Shown here: positions 60,200 through 64,000 of the stretch, in pieces
Layout of the letters: the number at the start of each line of letters is the position of its first letter
How positions within the stretch are numbered: the stretch's first letter is position 1
Program-made: the position numbers and the translations under genes
From: Raja brachyura
Taxonomy: Eukaryota
Assembly: GCA_963514005.1 (NCBI GenBank)
Contig: OY740794.1
Coordinates: 15,438,001-15,502,000, forward strand
DNA: 64,000 nt
Reading direction: 5' to 3'
Notes under the pieces: generated by a model
What the model saw: the letters and a program-made list of their open reading frames with translations, nothing else
Told to the model about the DNA's origin: nothing
Databases searched by the model: none

Positions 60200-60640
60200 C
60201 AAGTATGCCAGCTTCCCTGCTCCTCTTTTCCCTTCATTCAATGTGGCTCCCGATCCCCTCCCCCTCCTGATGCTGCTCCAATTTCCCCTCCTATCTTGAT
60301 GCTGCTCCTGATACCTCCCTCTCCCAATCCTACTCTTTATTCCCTTTCATTCAATGGGACTCGCAACATCTCCCTCCCTCCTACCCAATTCAGCCCCCAA
60401 TCAGTCCTACTCTCTCCTGACCCAGCTCCCAATGCCTCTTTTCCCGAAGCTGCCTTCAATCCTTCCTACCCAGTCCCTATGCTACCCTTGATACCCTCCT
60501 CTCTCAATGCCAGTCCCAATCCACACCACCCATTGAAATTGCTCCCAATTTTCCAAGCTCCATGCCTATTTATACTACCCAGGCCTCCCCGTTCCCAATC
60601 CCAATCCACCCAACCCAGCTTCCCGCTATCACCACTCTGT
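60200..60640. repeat. C/T-rich low-complexity tract
   Basis: Recurrent CCCAAT/CTCCC motifs with no regular period. Confidence 0.6.
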
Positions 60641-60852
60641 GGCTGATTTCCTGACACCTACTTTGAGAGAACTATACTGGATGGATCATTGTCAAATTGT
60701 CCCTTGGCTGTGTTTTGTTTACAACTATCAACTGTTTTTTTAATGTGGTGGAACGGGAATGGTTCTGGTCACCGGTGTTCTGATCACTGTCCCAGTACGT
60801 CAAAGCCATTGTAGCTTGCACTAGAGATTCCAGGCCACTGGGTATTATGGGT

Positions 60853-61112
60853 GGCACAGTGGTAGAGGTGCTGCCTTACAGCATCAGAGACCAGGGTTCG
60901 ATCCTGACTACGGGTGCTGTCTGTACAGAGTTTGTGTTTTCTCCTTGTGACAGCGTGCGTTTCCCCCGGGTGTTCCAGTTTCCTCCCATACTCCAAAGTC
61001 ATGTAAGTTTGTAAGTTAATTGGCCTCAGTAAAATTGTACCATTGTCACATAGTACGGGGACCGTTGGTCGGCGCGGACTTGATGGGCTAAAGGGCCTGT
61101 TTCCACGCTCTA
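60853..61112 (+). mobile_element. V-SINE (HE1-like)
   Basis: GGCACAGTGGTAGAG...GGTTCGATCC head, V-domain, (CTAAA)n tail. Confidence 0.85.
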
Positions 61113-61376
61113 TCTCTAAACTAAACTAAACCAAAGGTAGAGATGATGGGATGGGTCCTACGAGCACCTGAATATTGTCAGTTTTGGGGGAAATCCTGTG
61201 GGAATTCATGCCAAATATAAACTATTGACCGACCCATTGATTTTTCATGCTTTGTCTGGTAAATATTGAATGCATTCTCTTCAGATATTGAGTGTGTTAT
61301 CCGAAGAACCAGTAGCTTTTACTGATATTGTTCCATTCAATTTATACTTTCCCCAACTGATTGAAAAGTAACTTAC

Positions 61377-61484
61377 CTTGAGCGCCCTTGGGACCTGGAC
61401 AACCCCGTTCACCTTGATCACCTGGTAATCCCAAAGGTCCATCGAGACCATGGAACCCAGGAAACCCCTGCTCTCCTGGATCAC
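61377..61484 (-). CDS. col4a4: Collagen IV alpha-4 coding exon (108 nt, phase 1-1)
   Basis: tgcccag|GTGATCCA...GCTCAAG|gtaagt. Encodes [37 protein letters not shown], perfect Gly-X-Y. This frame is not in the ORF track. Confidence 0.93.
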
Positions 61485-61974
61485 CTGGGCAGTAAACAAA
61501 AGACAAGAGCTGGAGGCTGCATCATGAAGTGCAAAATAAAAAACAATCATTTTGATCTTTAAAAACAACTCTTGTAAGGGGGAGGAGAAAATGAACCCCA
61601 TACAAAGAGTGAGTACATCCTTGAATGCAGTTGGACAGATAATGTGTGTGTGGTTATGTTTGGTTCTGATGGGAGTGAGATGCTAGTTTGAAATTGAAAT
61701 ATTACTTAAAAAATGCTGGAGTAATTCAGCAGGTCAGGCAGAAACCCTGGAGGACATGAATGTGTCACGTTTTGCGTTGGGGCACTTCTTCCGACTAGTC
61801 TCCCTGTAACTGAGGCGGAAGAAAGGTCCAACCCAAAACATTGCCTATCCATGTCCCCTCTCCCCCTTGTTTTCCCTGAACACTGTGGCAGCTTTTAGGC
61901 AGCACTTCTAGTGTGACCATGGAGAAAGTATTTGACACAACTCTCACATCAGCGGCCATCTTTTCTAATAGTCT

Positions 61975-62460
61975 AAGAAGGAACTATAGATGCTGGAAAA
62001 TCGAAGGTAGACAAAAATGCTGGAGAAACTCAGCGGGTGCAGCAGCAGCTATGGAGCGAAGGAAATAAGCAACTTTTTGGGTCGAGACCCTTCTTCAGAC
62101 TGATGGGGGGGGGGGGGGGAGGGAGGGTGGGAAGAAGAAAGGAAGAGGATGAGCCAGTGGGCTGAGGGAGAGTTGAGAAGGGGAGAAGAAAGTAGGGACC
62201 ATCTGAAATTAGAGAAGTCAATGTTCATGCCGCTGGGGTGCAAACTGTCCAAGCAAAATATGAGGTGCTGCTCCACCAATTTAAGGCGGTCCTCACTCTG
62301 CCCATGGAGGAGGCCCAAGACAGAAAGGTCGGATTCGTAATGGGAGGGGGAGTTGAAGATCTGAGCCCCGGGATATCAGGCTGGTTATTGCGAACCGAGC
62401 TGAGGTGTTCGGCGAAACGATCGCCAAGCCTACGCTTGGTTTCACCGATGTAGAACTGAC
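61975..62460 (-). mobile_element. Penelope-like element 3' fragment with hammerhead-like core (62071-62098)
   Basis: YIGETKRRLGDRFAEHL and GLLHGQSE..LKLVEQHLIF.L.SLHP.GMNIDFS; minus strand CTGAAGAAGGGTCTCGACCCAAAAAGTT. Confidence 0.85.
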
Positions 62461-62937
62461 CCGGTGGCTCAATGAGGTTGAGGGAAGTGCAATGACTTTT
62501 ATAGAGAATTTAAGAGGTATCATCACCCTAAAACAGTGTGTGTCCAACACAACTAAAGAGGGTAAAATCCAATCTTTAACAGGAGTAAACAATGAAAGCC
62601 AGATGTCCAAAATCTTTGCATTTGTCTCTTAATTTCCCTCCAAAATTGATTAGAAAACCACTCAATTCAGGAAATTAGGGCTGACAAATAAAACATTGTA
62701 TGGAAATATTTGAAGCAGTGAAATATTTGCAGCAAAGAGAATGGGGTTTGGATGTGATATTAAATATAGACCCTGTATGTTGTAGTCGCAGAAAGTAATG
62801 ACTGGTTGTTTACCAAGAATCTGAATCTACAAACCATTACCAATGTGTGGAAGAATGAATATTGGATTTTTTATCTTTTTGTGTTGAATATTTTCATATG
62901 CCACGACGATATTACCAAAATGTTAGATTTGAAATAC

Positions 62938-63096
62938 CTTTTGGGCCTGGTGGCCCTGCTAAGCCATGAGGTCCACATGGACCCGAGTCCCCTGGTGGGC
63001 CACGGGCACCATGTTCTCCCGCTGCACCTGATTCTCCGGGATCCCCTTGAAATGTGATATCAGGGAGCCCGGGATCACCTGGAAAACCAGGAGGAC
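62938..63096 (-). CDS. col4a4: Collagen IV alpha-4 coding exon (159 nt, phase 1-1; approx. human exon 41 equivalent)
   Basis: Minus strand ...ttcgcag|GT CCT CCT GGT...CCA AAA G|gtattt. Encodes [54 protein letters not shown] (Gly-X-Y with one interruption, split Gly codons). Confidence 0.92.
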
Positions 63097-63299
63097 CTGC
63101 GAAGAAAGATAAAGTGATTGAATGAGGAAAATTAAGCAGATAATCTAAGTACGTAATGCAAACTAGACTGTTCCCATTTAATACCATGAACATGGAACAC
63201 AGATGGTGCTATAATTCTTCCTGATTACTGAAGCAAAGCCCGAGTTCTGCTCCTGATCCAATGACTTTACAGGGCCAATTCTTGTAGCAGTACAAAGCC

Positions 63300-63750
63300 A
63301 TGCAGAATGTATATCGATTAGAGAGTTTCACTTTGAATGAGAAGAGGGATAGACTTTGATTGTTTTCTCTGGAACTTCAGGAGGTTGAAGGAAGACTTTA
63401 TAGAAGTATATAAAATTATGAGAGGCAAAGATAGGATAGACAGTCAGTACCTTTTTACCAGCTGGAGATGTTCAACGCTAGAGGGCACAGCTATAAGGTG
63501 AGGTGGAGAAAGTTTAATGGAGATGTGTGGGACAAGTTTTTTACACAGAGTGTAATGGAGGTTTGGAATGCGTTGCCAGGAGTGGTAATGGAGGCAGATA
63601 CGATAGTGATGTTTAAGAGGCTTTTAGATAGGAACATGGAAGTGTAGAGATATGGATCATGTACGGGCAGATGAGATTAACTTGACATCATGTTCGACAC
63701 AAACATTGTGGGCTGAAGGGCCGTTCCTGTGCTGTACTGTTCTATGTTTC
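63300..63750 (+). mobile_element. Old CR1 3' fragment
   Basis: TTTATAGAAGTATATAAAATTATGAGAGGC...CTAGAGGGCACAGCTATAAGGTG...TTTTACACAGAG; tail GTTCTATGTT. Confidence 0.78.
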
Positions 63751-64000
63751 ATGCATAGTCTATGATCATCAGCGAAAATGGCATGAGGAACATACATTGT
63801 GTTAGAGGCACAGTCCTAAACCGAGATTCCAAATCTCTCAACCATTCCAATTTGTACGACTAGGCAGACTTACGGACCGCGGAAATGGACGACCCCAATA
63901 ACACGTGAGTAGCCTATTTAAATAATCTATTCAGGAATAGACAGATGCAAAAAAAAAAAATTGAACATTGTAAGAAAGTAGAGAGAGTGCACAATCTAGA

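Noticed and set aside
30192-63096. Assignment to col4a2 or col4a6
   Set aside because: The 287-nt NC1 exon fits any alpha2-like chain, but PFAYC..VCHYA, IECQG, the QRQ.(V/I)SRC spacing and the 108+9-nt exon pair fit alpha-4 best.

Overview
Eukaryotic, repeat-rich vertebrate DNA. The repeat content (HE1-type V-SINEs, HER1/CR1 LINEs with (TTCTATGT)n tails) points to a cartilaginous fish, probably a skate or ray; this is inference. The only host gene I can support is the 3' end of a type IV collagen alpha-4 gene (col4a4) on the minus strand. It has eight GT-AG exons of 159, 108, 9, 135, 117, 189, 287 and 264 (CDS) nt between 63096 and 30192. They splice in frame and encode the end of the Gly-X-Y domain and a complete 12-Cys NC1 domain ending CQVCLKNN*. 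The rest is mostly transposon-derived: many CR1 LINEs (several nested), L2, Rex1/Babar and L1-like fragments, V-SINEs, and Penelope-like (GIY-YIG) elements with palindromic derivatives carrying hammerhead-ribozyme-like cores. There is also an internally deleted DIRS1-type tyrosine-recombinase retrotransposon with intact ITR/ICR termini (~11699-17793), five MITEs sharing an AGGGCCTGTCCCAC-type TIR, and a TA-flanked MITE. Exon and MITE coordinates were read base by base; most LINE/SINE boundaries are approximate. Most short ORFs in the track are repeat-derived or spurious. I found no clear-cut novel system; the best leads are RNA-level (ribozyme-like cores, a 9-nt micro-exon, inverted CR1 pairs, DIRS leader splice signals).
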